Shown piece by piece: positions 1 to 13,866 of a DNA stretch of 64,000 nucleotides. This DNA comes from Paramecium tetraurelia (lineage: Eukaryota). The first letter of the stretch is position 1; every line of letters begins with the position of its first letter. The notes beneath the pieces were generated by a model. It was not told where the DNA came from, did no database searches, and worked only from the letters and a program-made list of their open reading frames with translations. The translations under genes were made by a program, and so were the position numbers. Location: the NCBI GenBank assembly GCA_000165425.1, contig CT868652.1:248001-312000 (forward strand). The letters run 5' to 3'.

Positions 1-1521
1 TATTGAATTTGAGTGCCTATCGCAATATTTAGACAATTATTATTAGTTGAACAGTAGACTATGTTTAAATAAACGAGCTAAGAGGGTTAACATGTGATCC
101 ATTAATCTATCAATAAAAGTTAGGTTAATATCTAAATTATGAATAATTAAAACTTTAGCACTTGACTAATCTATCAAATTCTTCTTGTTTTGATATTTCA
201 CCTAGTAGTAGCATATTCCATAAAGTGTGTATGTCACAATGCACTGAGTTGATAACCACCAAAACAATATTTATATTATTATTTGATTTTCTAAAATCAC
301 GCTATTGATATCTAAGTATTTGATTAGACTGATGATCTGAGAAGATTAGGAAAATTATAAATCAGGGTAATGATAAGTAATGATTACATAATATCTAGCA
401 TTCTACACATTAATCTTACTTTGAAAAAATCCCGCTTATTAACTGACAGAAAGTAATTGTAATCAGCACCACTGAATAAAAATAAGAAGGACGCTTTAGT
501 TTCCCGATATTAAAATTTACCAACAAGTGCTCCATCATTATAATTTAAATAAATGAATGGATTATCAAATGAATCAATTAATTTAAAGTAATATATTCAT
601 AATTACCCAGCCCTTTAATAAGTAAATAAAAAATTAAGCCCATTAATTGACTCTCTGCCATTTTCTCTTTAGATTTCTATAAACCATCGGAGGCAACTCA
701 AGTCTAGATCAGTTATATTAACTATTATGACAAACTCCCATTGTTATTTTACTTAATATTGTTTTATTATAATTTTAAGAATAGTATAAATCTTCTTTTT
801 TCTTTAAAATTATCATTTATGAATTTTATAATTTGAGGTTCATTATAAAAATAAACATTACATAAGAAACCTAAATTTAAAGTTAATATAAATTCTATAC
901 ACAATTATAAAGATTAATTAATAAAAAATTTCAATATACAATAACTAATCAAGTTGGAAATCAATATGTGAGTAATTATTCCAGTAACTAATGTTCCATA
1001 TATTAATAATAAAATAAATAGAAAATGAAATCATAATTGGCTTTGATCGTTATTTGTTACATAACTATTCTTTATTTAATTAATTATGATAAGTATCCTA
1101 CATAATGGGATCTATAGAACAATTCAATTTTCATATAAATTTAAAGAGCCATTTAATTATTTTCTTAATTAATATCAGTATCCTACATAAAAGATTAAGA
1201 ATTTTTAGATAATAATCACATCGTGTCTCTTAAAGAAATAATAATAGATAGGACCAATTATAAATTAAATGATCATCAAATTATTATTCTTGCTTTTTGA
1301 ATAAAAAACAAAAGTTGTTATAGATTGTTTTTGCAATCTAATTGAGAGAAACAATGGTTTTTTATTGTTTTTTTAAAGGTACATTTCATTTTCTAATTTT
1401 GGGGAGGGTTGAATGTTTTCATGTTATTTGTGATATTCTAAGGGCAGTAGTCACGAGGACGAGTTAATGTAGCTATTTATTGGGTTTTGGATATAATTGT
1501 CAGTTTTTAATTGATTAATAA

Positions 1522-2877
1522 ATGAGCGAAACAAAATCAAAGGAGAGTTAATAACAATAGAATTTGATAATTATAGGAGGACAATATGCTTTGAAAAGTT
1601 GCATCTATCGGGGAGGGACTCATAATTTGTATTTGGGTAAGAATATGTGATATATGTTGACAGCGGTGAACAAATAGAATCCAGGGATTTACTTCGTCGT
1701 GCGATTAGTAATGTAATTAAGAGTTTAAATTTATTGTTAGTTCATTAAGCTGATAGGCTAACACAAACATAGATAGCATCTAAGAGGAGGAGAAACTGCT
1801 GAAGAAATTGAATGTTGGTATAAAAAGTAAGTTATGAATTTAAGTGACATTCATGCCAAACGTATTGGCTTCTGGGGATGTGCGTCTTCACAATATAAAC
1901 TACTATTATTAAGTATTTGACAAATATGGACCAAGTTTGAAATTGTGCTTCTAATTTGCAAATAAGAACCTTACTTTGGGGACAATCTGTATGATAGGAA
2001 TATAGATGGTAACCTTTAATTGAATATCGGTAGTTAAATATATTGGAGAAGATGCACGGTTAGTTCATAGTACATCGTAATTTGAGGCCTAAGAAAATAT
2101 TGACAGTACCAGGCAAAAATGAATTTGTCTTGATCGACTTTTAACAATGCGTTAAATTCAAACACAAGAACGGAAAATACATAGGTCTGGGATCAAAGTT
2201 CTCTAATTAAACTAAGTTAACCAAATTTTCAAGTTTAAATTAGCATTTGGGATTGAGTATTTATAGTGTTGATAATGATTTAAGCTGCCTCTCCAAAGGA
2301 TGACTTGGAATCCTTAGGGTTTATACTAATGTATTTTTTAAGGAATGGAGACATGTTTCGAGTCAAAGAGACCGGATCTAAAAGTAAGCAAATGGAAGAA
2401 TAAAAGTTGCGAATGATTCCAGAAAAATTTTGTAAAGATATGCCTATAGAATTCCTTCAATACTTCCAATTTGTGAGATTGACAAATGTACAACAATATC
2501 CATTGAGTGATTATGAGTTCTTGAAGAAGTTATTCAGAAACATATTCCAACAACTCAATATAAATGAGAAGGAGTTCTAATATGATTGGGTATAGTCATT
2601 TGGTAATTGTTAGTTGAAGAAGATGAATCTGTAATCCTAAAATCAACAATAACCAAAGGAAGATGGATAAACCAAGATAGTGATCCATGATCCATCAAAC
2701 TTAGAAGGAATCCAAGAGGTTCAAACAGAATTGGAAAAGTCTTCATTCAAAAGAGATTATTATCGTAAATCATCATCATTATGCATAAATGATGAAGATG
2801 ATAAACAATTTGAGAGTGTAAGTAACAAAATGTTACAACTCCCAAATCTGTATGATGTGATTAAACTAAAGCATTGA
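1522..2877 (+). CDS. Casein kinase 1-like protein, probable pseudokinase
   Basis: Code-6 translation with short introns gives VFDKYGPSLKLCF, MIGIQM-LNILEKMHGQFIVHRNLRPKKIL, LIDFQ, SPKDDLESLGFILMYFL and EFLQYFQFVRL..DYEFLKKLF, matching CK1 subdomains; ends in TGA at 2875-2877. Confidence 0.85.
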
Positions 2878-2911
2878 TATAACTTTGTGTTTCCATATAA
2901 TATACTTTAAC

Positions 2912-4756
2912 TCAGAATTCAGCACTACCATGATATCTTGGGAAGGGAATCACATCTCTGATGTTCTCAACACCTGTAACCATCATTACGAGTCTTTCAA
3001 ATCCTAATCCAAAACCACAATGAGGAACTGTACCATATCTAAATCATAGGATAATTCCATTACTTTCTTAAATCCATGTAAGGTCCATAATCCTCCAATT
3101 TCAATCCACATTCCTTGATTCTCTGAGCCAACACATCATATCTTTCCTCTCTCTAAGATCCACCAATCAACTCACCTACTTAAGGAATGAGCATATCCAT
3201 GGCTCTAACGCATTTTCCATCTAATTCTAGTATATCAATGTTTGCACCATCAGTTCCCACTTTCATGTAAAATGCCTTAATTTCTTTTGGATAATCATAA
3301 AGGAACACTGGTCTCTAGAATACTTTTTCTGCTATGAATCTCTCATGTTCACTATTCAAATCCATTCCCCACTTGATGTCACTGTTCTCGAACTTGGCTC
3401 CTGCCTATTATGCTTTCAATAAAATATCAATTCCTTGAGTGTAAGAACAACGAACGAAATCCTTACTCACAATATCTTTAAGATAATCTATCAGTCCAGG
3501 TTTGACTCTTTTGTCCAAAAATTGGAGATCATCAATGTTGTTTTACAAAATGTAATTTATACAGAACTTAACATAACCTTCTGCTGCTTCCATGTTGTCA
3601 AATAGATCTGCAAATGCAAATTCTGGCTCAATCATCCAAAACTCGGCTAAGTGTCTATGAGTATGAGCCTTCTCTGCTCTGAAAGTAGGGCCAAATGTAT
3701 ACACATTGGACATACTAATACAGAAATGCTATGATAATTAAGCCATCATTTTACTTCCACTTATAATTAACCAGAAACTGTAAGATTCACTTCCTTCTTA
3801 AAGAAATCCTAAGCGGTGTCTACTTTGCCCTTTATCTAAGGGATCTTTGAGATATCGTTATCGAAGATAGTAGAAATTCTGAACATTTCTCCAGCACCTT
3901 CACAATCACTTCCTGTAATTATTGGTGTGTGAATGTACAAACATCCATTGTTTTAGAAAAATACATGGGTGGCATAGGCCAGATTATTTCTAATTCTAGT
4001 GACAGCACTAAAGAAATTGCCTCTTGGTCTCAAGTGAGCTTTTTGTCTAAGGGTCTCTGGCTTCTAAACTCCCTTTGCCATAGGATATTCCTCAGGGTCA
4101 GCTTATCCAATAATGACAACTTCATGCTTTAGTAGGATCAGAAACAAGCATTTCTATCAACTATCCCTTGGCAGGACTCTTTACAATGTTCCCTGTCACT
4201 TTGAGTGAAAAACCTGTATTAGTTTTAGCAACTTATTCGAAATTGCCAATCTTATCTTCAACGACAATCTAAAGACCACCAAAACTTGTTCCATCATTCA
4301 ATTCAATGAAACAAAGATTCTTCTAATCTCTCACTGTTCTTACCCAACCAGCTACTGTCACTGTCTAACCAATATATCTGAATAATAATTAATTATGATG
4401 CTTACCCTTCACCAGAATTTAACAATTCTTAGATTCTATATATTGTTCCCACATTATATTTTGGTAGATGCTTCTTGTACAATTCTTATGGCAAATCCCA
4501 AGAACGTGGAAGCTTATTCAATCTCTTGGTGACATCAAACTATGGCACATCTACCTAATATATTAGATGACTTTGAGGGTACTTTGAATCCAGCAGGCAA
4601 ATGTGGCACATTGATTGGCTTCTCTATTTCTCCAATCAATTTTTCTGTTGTTTTCTTGCCCTATTTTTGAGCTGCTGCTGCTGCCTATTTGGCAAGGTTG
4701 GTAAGAGTTTTGACTCTTGTGAACAATTCATCTGATTCTAAGAATTAGTATTACAT
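2912..4756 (-). CDS. asnS: Asparaginyl-tRNA synthetase (class IIb, bacterial/organellar AsnS-like)
   Basis: OB-fold start [20 protein letters not shown]; motif 2 [28 protein letters not shown]; motif 3 [33 protein letters not shown]; several ~25-28 nt introns. Confidence 0.95.
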
Positions 4757-4935
4757 GTAATGATATTTCTAATTTAAATCATTTTTTCATCAGATTCATT
4801 TATTCTTACACAACATTCAATATTAAATATATTTAGAGAAGGCATTTATAGATAAATATTATTGTATTATTTATTTTGAACATCATCATCTCATCTCTTC
4901 TCATCTCCATTTTAAAATTATTAATATTTATTAAA

Positions 4936-6049
4936 ATGGATTTTGAGAATGATGATGAATATCCTATCCCAAATGAGTAATAAATTTACTCATCCTTCCA
5001 GTCTGATAATGAGATTTCCAGACTTCATTTTCTTGCCACTACCTAATCAAGATATGAAACTCAGCATATACTTTATGTATTGATGTAGTTTAAACATTTA
5101 GCTCGCAAAGTACTTCCTAGAATTCGAATAAAAAAAAATAAACAATCAAACTGCGATCATTGTATCTGTTTGCCTCACAAAATTGACACAAGAACTCAAA
5201 TCCTTAAATCCACATTTGATGACCAAAATCCTTGCTCATATTAGAAGGGTAATTAAAATCTCCATTTACGTAGCTAATAAAAAATTTATCATCAATTAAC
5301 GAACTTCATATTGGCTTTTTGGAATCCTGCATATCGTCTTCCAACTATAAGATAGGATATGAATTCATCAAGTCCAAAATATTTGTACATGGATGTTTGG
5401 AAAAGAAAAGCTTGGTCATGATCGAATACTTTTATTTATCGGGTGTGATTGCCAATGCTTAGATGGTATGAAGATAATTAATCCAACATAGGATTTCGAT
5501 GAGGCTTTGAGATGCTACAAGATTGCTTATAAATTCAATTCAAATGATAACTTTACTTTGGAAGCTCAGAAGATGGAGACTTTACTTTCCTTCAGATTGG
5601 GTTTGGAATTGAGGAATTGGTCTCATCCAGCAAATCATGAATTAGTTAGTAAATTATAGAGCCTTATCAACCAAAAGGAATATAAAGAATTAAAGGAGAA
5701 GGATTTTGATTTCCAAGATAAGGACGCTCATGTATTTGTCAATCCCTAAAATATTTAGTTATGCTTAAAAGAATGGTCCTTACAAGCGTAACTCTATTAA
5801 TTTTTGAAAGATGAGCAAGAACTCCATTCTAAAGTATCGTTTGACTAGTTAATTCAACATTTTAGACTCCAGGGTTAAGATGCTCTCTTAGATCTCCTAT
5901 TACAAATCAATAGGATTCATAAGATGTTCTTGATTAATGAGGAGAAAAATTACATCGAATTTAAATACAACAATTTAAATTATAAGGAAATCAATAGTAA
6001 ATTGGAAAGCAGGTATAATCTGCTCAAATCGTTAGCGGATGTAAAGTGA
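4936..6049 (+). CDS. PCI-domain protein, COP9 signalosome subunit 3-like
   Basis: LHIGFLESCISSSNYKIGYEFI and EYFYLSGVIANAL..FDEALRCYKIA resemble conserved CSN3 helices; the C-terminal SKVSFDQL..FLINEEKNYIEF resembles the PCI winged helix. Confidence 0.55.
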
Positions 6050-6101
6050 ATATTATCAATGTTATCAAAATGTTTATAAATAATAATAATAATATATATA
6101 G

Positions 6102-9100
6102 TCATGCATTTTAAGAGAGAGTTGTATGAATATTTGGACTTTGAGCCTTTTATTATTATTGATTTAATCTTGATTCCAAGTTGTAGGTTTCTGGTTGCAA
6201 TCTAACTCTTTTGATTTTATCGCTTTAGAATATGTGCTAAAAAGGACGAATTGGAGATGTCTAAATGATGTTTTGCTTTAAGAATTGTTGATACTTCGGA
6301 TTCAAGTATGGCTATTTATTCTGATCTTAAATTAATTATCTAAAATACTTAAGTACGAGACAGCATTATAAATTGTAAGCGATGATAAATCATTATGATA
6401 ATCATGATCTTTGTCTAGTTTCTTGCTTTTATCTATTTTTGGGAAACTGCTCTTCGGAGACTATTCGGCTTTAAAATAGACAAATAAATCGCAATATTGT
6501 TCATATTCAAAATCTTTGGATTTCATTTGATAGTACAAATAAGTGAGCAGAGTTTCCAATTTTACATGCAAGGGCAATTATTGTCTTTGCAATACAGTAT
6601 ACTATTCTGCAGGTTCTTGGATAGGAGCAGGACTGATTCTCTCTGCAATTCTTCCAAGAGCCTCCACAAATTCAATGAAAGTCATTCTGATATTCCGATC
6701 TAAAGCAAGTTCATCAATTTAAGTCATCATCGAAAAGTTGTAAATAATGACTTAGAGTTTCTCGGACAAATATTCATGCAGACTAAATTGTTTACAGAAT
6801 TCCTTGAATTCTCTAATAGATATCCATTTCAATTTAAAATACCACTTTCTATTTGTGATGTCAGTAACCTAATCATAGAGTCGTTTGATAAAGGGCATCT
6901 TGATTTGCAATAAGTGATCGCATTCCTTTGTCCACAATCTGCAAGATCTCCATTCTTGGATCAAATCGAAACGTTCGTATTGTTCTTTGAATTCTTTCAG
7001 CAATCTGAAGAGTGCATCTGCATAACTCTTATATATGTCAGTTCTGACGTACTTGTCATTGGCAATTCGAAAGAACATCTCTAGGAATTGATATCTAATT
7101 ATAGCCTTCTCTGGATTGTAAATGTATTTGGGATCAACATTATTCTTTAAGGAAACGATGTCAATTTCAACATCTTAAGATTTCAATAGATCTCCATCAA
7201 TGATGGCGAGTTTGTTGAGCAATTTCAAATATTGGGGGAATTGAATACAAAAGACATCGAAATTGGGTGGTTAATATCCAACACTCGAATAGAACTTATA
7301 GATATCTTTGATTAGTTAGTAGTGTTGTCTGAAATATTCCTTTAATTTCAATCTCTCGTATTCACTTTTTACAAATCGACTGATCTTACTGCTATTCCAA
7401 TCGAATTCGAAGCATTCATTTAGTAATTCCTCAGTGTCACCAACAAACGGTCTAAAGATAGAATCCTCCTTGTGCCAAGTGATGAGATGAGCTTGTTTTC
7501 TAACTAAAAAGTTGGCAAACCTCCTCAACACATACTTCTTTTAGGAAGATCTGGGGAACACCTTAATCAAGGGTTTATAATTGTCCTTGTCATCAATGAT
7601 ATATTCTTGTCTTGAGAAAATGTAGTTGACTTATTGGATTTTGGTGAAGGCTAGTGTAGTGCCATCTGAGAAGATGTGGACCGAATGTTTAGGATCTTTG
7701 CCTTAAAGGATGGCATTATCCAGTGGAGCAGGCATATTCATAACTCTGGGATCGATGAAGTATTCTTCTTTGATTGGATTGGAGAAGAAGTATAATATCT
7801 TTCGTTTTGGAGGACACATTTAGTAAGTAGTATAGTAGAATTTACTTAATTCTTGAATCATTTATTTAGTTATTTCTTCGCTTTTCTTGTTTGTCTCCTC
7901 TGCATAAGCTTCGGTTATGGCTGCCAAGGTTATTCTCTTTTCAGTATTTACTAATTGTTTTAACTAATGAATTATCTCTCCAGTTGTCAAATCGAAATAA
8001 TTACTCTTTCTCTATTAAGCTTCAATCAACTATTATCTTAACTCATAACTACTTGTCATAGGGATTGGTTAATAACTAATAGTTGTGACAGAAATTACTC
8101 TAAGAAATCCAGATGGATGAATATTGGATCTTAGTTGTTATCATTCTCAGGGTTGTATTAAAATCGATATTCCATCCATCCTTGACAAATCCAACAACAA
8201 TCATTTCCGAATAGATTGTCTCCTTGCAATGGGATATAATTGACACCGTCAATGGCGGTTTTCTTTTATTAAACAACTTTAAATTCTTCACTATCATGAG
8301 TGAATTCTATGAATCCATATGGGTTCACTCTAGCAGAACATTTGTTCCCTTCAATGTGCAAACCATAGAGGGTATTATTCTTTTGTAAGGCTACACTAAA
8401 CAAATAGAGTTGTTTCTCACTTAATTAATTGTAGGATATATCTAGATGAGCTAGAGTTATTTAAGGATGCGAAATTGTTTCACACAAAGACTGAATGAAA
8501 TTGCTTCTTTCATTCTGTCCTAAGTGATTGTAACTCAAATCAAGAACTTTAATTGATCTGTTTTATTACAACCCTTTTGCTATCATGGTTCCTGCTGTGG
8601 GTCCCAATTGATTCCAATTCAAAATCAAAACCTCCAGGTAATTGTTTTGCAATAGAAATTGATAGAATACTGTGGAACAGGAATCTGTTATTTGATTTTC
8701 TGACAAATTCAATTTTAATAGAGTTATATTCTTTTAGAAGCAATTCAAAAGCACAGAGACTCCCTTGTCTGCCAATAAGTTGTTCTGCAGACTTAAGGAT
8801 TTTAAATTTGGAAATTTCTAGATTTGATTGGACAATATTATTGCTCCTCTTCTTCCCAATACATTGTTGGCTAAATTAATTTCCTTTAAGGAAAGAGGGA
8901 ATCCCTCAACAAGGTAGAGTAATGATTTATCATCCAATTGATTATTACATAAGAATAATTGTTTAACGCTTTTACTTTTGACTGATTGCAATAGGTTCTT
9001 AATCAACGGGAAATACTTTTCAGTCAAACCAAGATCAGAAAAATGCATCTCCTTATCGTTGACCAGGGAATTGGACAAATCGATCCTCTTCGGGAATATG

Positions 9101-9787
9101 TTATCATTCAAACAATAGAAATGGATTGGATCCACATTCTTCTTATTGAAATTAATGGCGAGATCTTTCAATCTATCTTATCGTTTGATAAAGTAAAAAT
9201 AGGATTAATCTATTTCATGATCTAAATAGTATATATGAATCGATATTACTTAACTTTTATTAGATTTTCTTAATCTCCTATTGCATTTCAACTCCATTAA
9301 ATCTTTTTGGTTCATCCTCACTACTTGCATTACTTATTATATCTTCAACATCTTCATACTCAAAACTATTCCCTCCTCGTATTGACTATTATTCAGTCTC
9401 CACTATTTCTCTTGAAATGTCTTCATTCATTTCTTAGGTTTCTTTCTTGCCCTTCTCGATCGGAGAAAACCTATGCTTCAATAATCCCAAAGGGAAATTC
9501 TTCTTCTTGTTTGCTCCTTGATCCGATTGAACCGAAGTGTTGGTCAGAATCTATCTCATCTCCGTCAACTTGTCCCCACTCTTGATATAATAAGCCATAA
9601 GAGTGTGATCATTCGAATATTAATTATCAATCAATAGTTTTGAAGCTTTGAATTTGCTCTCAGCTATTTTGTTGTCTGAAATGCTCCGATTCGATCTGAA
9701 GAACGATTTCAATTTCTGAGCTTTTTCTTTTGAGTAATCTTTCAAACGAGGTAGTTGGCACTTAGATCTCTCATTACTATTTTTCAT
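6102..9787 (-). CDS. Large leucine-rich repeat (RNI-like) protein with conserved C-terminal region, paralog 1
   Basis: LRR motifs LFLCNNQL, INLANNVLG, LDLSYN and LDISYNQL; then NNTLYGLHIEGN, CCWICQGW, PIFIHLDF, MCPPKRKILYFFS, CFEFDW and IIRYQFLEM. Confidence 0.85.
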
Positions 9788-9965
9788 TTCTTATTAATTT
9801 TATAAATAAACCAAGTATTATCAATTTAAATTTTAATGAATTTTAAATTTTACTCATAAGTAAACATTTACTAAATTATATCACATCTCTCTCACTAGCA
9901 AAACTCAATAATTTTATATATCGATTGATTTAAAAAACATTATGGAGAAAATTATATTCAAGGTT

Positions 9966-12900
9966 TCATTAATCATCATACTCTTCCATTACCGCTATCA
10001 TATTGTTTGTTTACAAGGCTTATTGCTATTGTTCATAAATAGTTGTCCTCCCTGTAGTCTGTCTACTGAATCCATTATTGTTCAATGTATAAATTGTGTT
10101 TGGATTAATCAGAGTCCTCTTTTTAACAATCTATTACATGAAATTTCTATAATTTGGATGCAAATACGGTTGATGATGAGAATCTAATACTATTTAATAA
10201 ATGCCATTACTGATAAATGATATCGTATTGTATACAGTTAATTGATTAGTTGTAATGATGAACTCATCTGAATTCTCTAACTTCGATTGCTTTTCATAGA
10301 CCTTTGGCATAAAAATAATACGGGTTTCCTAAGCATCAACATTATCTCTGCAGAATAATTCTGTAAATTAAACAAATTCAGGTTGTCTAAGACTGCTAAT
10401 TACAATTGATACCTCCTCAATTTGAGAAATATAAACGTTAACAATGACTCTAATTTTATATGCAATGGCAGAGTCTGTCTAGCTAGAACTGGCCATACCT
10501 AAGCATCTTCCCCTATGGGAGCAGGACTTATCTTTTCAGCCACTCTCCCTAATGCCTCCAAAAACTCATTATAAGTCATCCTTAAAAATCGATCTTAAGT
10601 CACCTCGTCAGCTTAGGTTTACATAGAAAAATTAAAAATTACTGTCACTTATTTTTCAGACAGTATATCATTCGCATATAATTTACAAAACTCTCTGAAC
10701 TCTTTGATGGACACCCACTTCAATTTAAAGTACCATTTCTTACTGGTTAAATCTGAAGCTAAATCGTATAGTTTCTTTAAAAAGGCTGATTTAAATTACA
10801 GTATCATATCTACTTCCTTTGTCCAAAATCTCTACTCTCTCCACTTTTGACTGTTGTCTAGAATTTCATAATGCTGTTCCAGTTCCTTCAGTAATCTATA
10901 GACTGCATCAGCAAAATTCTTACATTATCCTGATCGAATAAATTTATCGTTAGCCAATCTAAAGAGAACTTCCATAAATTAATATCTAATTATAGCCTTG
11001 TCAGGGTTGTAAATAAATTTAGAATCTACATTATTTTTTATTGAAACCAAGTCACTCTCAACATCGGATTACTTCAAGTTTTCACCATCAACAAGTGAAG
11101 CCAGAATCTTATTGAATTAGCCATACTATATACAGAAAACATCAAATAAAGGTGGCTAGTATCCAAAACTAGAAAAATATTTATAGATGTCTTTTATCAA
11201 TTGATATTTCTATCTAAAATATTCTCTCAATTTTATCTTCTCGTAATCACTCTTTACAAATCTTTAAATCTTAGAACAACTCCAATCCTGTTCGAATGCC
11301 TGATCCAAAATATCCACCGAATCCCCATTCATGCCCCTGAAAATGAGAGAATCATCCTTTGACCAAATGCCAACATTCCCTTTTCTATGTTTAAAATTCC
11401 CTAAATATTTCGTCAAAATATATCTCCTTTACACAGTCCTTGGTTTCACTTTAATTAAAGCCTTATAGTTATTTTTATCATCTATGACATATTCTTACTT
11501 CGTGATCAAAACATTAACAAAGTTGATTTTTTAAAAAGGAATTTAAGTATTATCTGTGAAAATATGCACCTAATGCTTAGGATCCTTCCCTTATAAAATT
11601 AAGTCATCGAGAGGACTTTAGATATACTCTAAACTTGGGTCTTAAAAGTATCTCTCTCTCAGAGGATCAGAGAAAAAATATAAAATCTTGCTTTTTGGTG
11701 GACACATCTGATAAGTAGTGTAATACAACTTATTAAACTCCTCTTTAATTTGGTTTTAGGCTTCATTTTTAGTATTGGTTTCAACATGGTATGCCTCTTC
11801 AATAGCTGCCATAGTAATTTTCTTTTCAGTATCTGTTATTGATTTTAATTAATGAATAATCTCTCCAGTAGTAAGTTCTAATTATTTATTGCTTCTGTTT
11901 TATTCCATCAGTTATTATTTCATTTCGAAGCTTGAAGTCAACGGAATGGGCTTATAACTATAGTTAATTATAAAAATACTTAAGGAAGTCCAAATGCAGA
12001 AATATTGGTACTTATTCACTATTTTACTCAGGAGTATAAGTAAATTGGTGTTCCTTCCATCCTTAACAAATCCAACAGCAATTAAATTACAGTTCTTGAG
12101 AGTTACATAACGGGATGTAATTGACTCCATCAATTTGTATTTTCTTTTGCTGCACCTACTTCATCAAATTTTCCTGTTTTGAGAATTGCAAAAACCCAAA
12201 AGCATCAATAAAGGCGGGGCATTTGTTCCCTTCTATATGTATACCATAAAGTGTATTGTTTTTTGCGAGAGCCTTTTGCAATAAGGCCATCTATTTCTCA
12301 TTTATTTGATTGTATGAAATATCTAAGTGACACAAGGCTAAATTAGGATTTTCGATTAATTGACACCATTACATTATGCAATTGCTCTTTTCATTGAACC
12401 CTAAATGATTATAGCTTAAATCGAGCACCTTTAGATTCTTGTTCTAATTCAAAGCCTTAGCTATACCAATTCCTGATTGAGGTCCTAGTTGATTCCAGTT
12501 TAAAATTAAGACTTCAATCGATTGATTTGTGAGTAAGAAGTTCTATAATTCTAGAGTTGCATTGTCAGTGATCTGATTTTGAGACAGATTCAATTTTTTG
12601 ACTGTTCGAGCTTCTCGTATTGCATTAAGAATGGTAATTGCTCCTTAATCGCCCAACAAGTTGCTTGCTATATTCAAGGCCTTCAAGCTGAATAGAGAAC
12701 AATAGATTACCTCTTGTGTTTGTTGAATAATTTGGCAATCAGTAGGGCTCCTTGTCTTCCGAGTTCATTTTAGGAGATGTTCAAGTCTTTTAATGAGTCT
12801 GGAAAGGAATCAATAAATATTGATAATGAATGCTCTCTCAAGTGATTGGATGATAGGATGACAGATCTCACTTTTTTGCACTTTTTGGATTTTAACATTT

Positions 12901-13689
12901 GGGATAACAATGGGAAATATTTTGAATTGACTTTCAAATCTTTAAAATTCATTTCTTTTTATTCAATTAAACAATTGGAAAGATCAATTCTTTTGGGAAA
13001 TAGGTTTTGATTCATGCAAAAGAAGTATAAGGGATTGAGAGAGTCTCTCTTTCTAAAGGTTGAGATTAAATCTTTCAACTTATCTTAATTCTTAATGTAA
13101 CCGAAGTAAGATCTATTGAGATCATTTGCTAAGGATGAAATAAGAATTGTTTACATATTTTCTTCTATATCTTGTCTATGTCTTTCTCGAAGTCCTTGAA
13201 TCTCATTTCCGAGATTTGATCAGAGTCTTCGTCATCTGAAGATTAATTGGAGGAGTACTCACAATCAGATCCAGATTCATCAAATAATTGAGTTTTATTT
13301 GAGGAGAAAGAGTTGTTACTGCTTTGATCGTAGATTTAAGCATTGATTTATCGATGAACAGTGGTTGGATTGATTTTCCATTTTTACAATAATAAATGTC
13401 TTTGAGTGGGTTGATCAATCTTTTAAAAATCCAAGATTTTTTCTTTGCTAAAGATCAACAATATCAATTACTAATTCTCTCGAGGCAATCTTTCGGTTTA
13501 CGGTTGATCATTAAATTAAGGTGATTATTTTTTGGACGAATGGTAAAAATAATGCTATTTTGTATCGGATATACTTCTGTCAGTACGAAAAAACTGTTTT
13601 AATTTATCCTTCTTGATTTGAGAATAATTTTAATGGATTTTTGGTAGGTGAATGGACTTTTTTGTATGATTCGAACACTGGATTTCCAT
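9966..13689 (-). CDS. Large leucine-rich repeat protein, paralog 2 (tandem duplicate of 6102-9787)
   Basis: Same motif order as paralog 1: LRRs, NNTLYGIHIEGN, CCWICQGW, PIFLHLDF, MCPPKSKILYFFS, AFEQDW, IIRYQFMEV; ends in TGA at 9966-9968. Confidence 0.85.
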
Positions 13690-13866
13690 ATTAGTAATTT
13701 AAAACAGGTATGAAATTATAAATTTTTTTTATATTAAAGAATTGTTAATTATGTTGATGTTTATGTTATTCTGTGACAACCTCTAAGTATAGATGCTCAA
13801 TATCAAATGGTATAGTTTATTTCAAATTAAATATTAATATAATTCTAATAAAAAACCCCTTTAATA

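Noticed and set aside
1..1500. Possible gene or remnant in the first 1.5 kb (TGA-free + frame ~253-836; partial minus-strand frames)
   Set aside because: No consistent start, splice pattern or motif on either strand; long TGA-free frames arise easily in code 6
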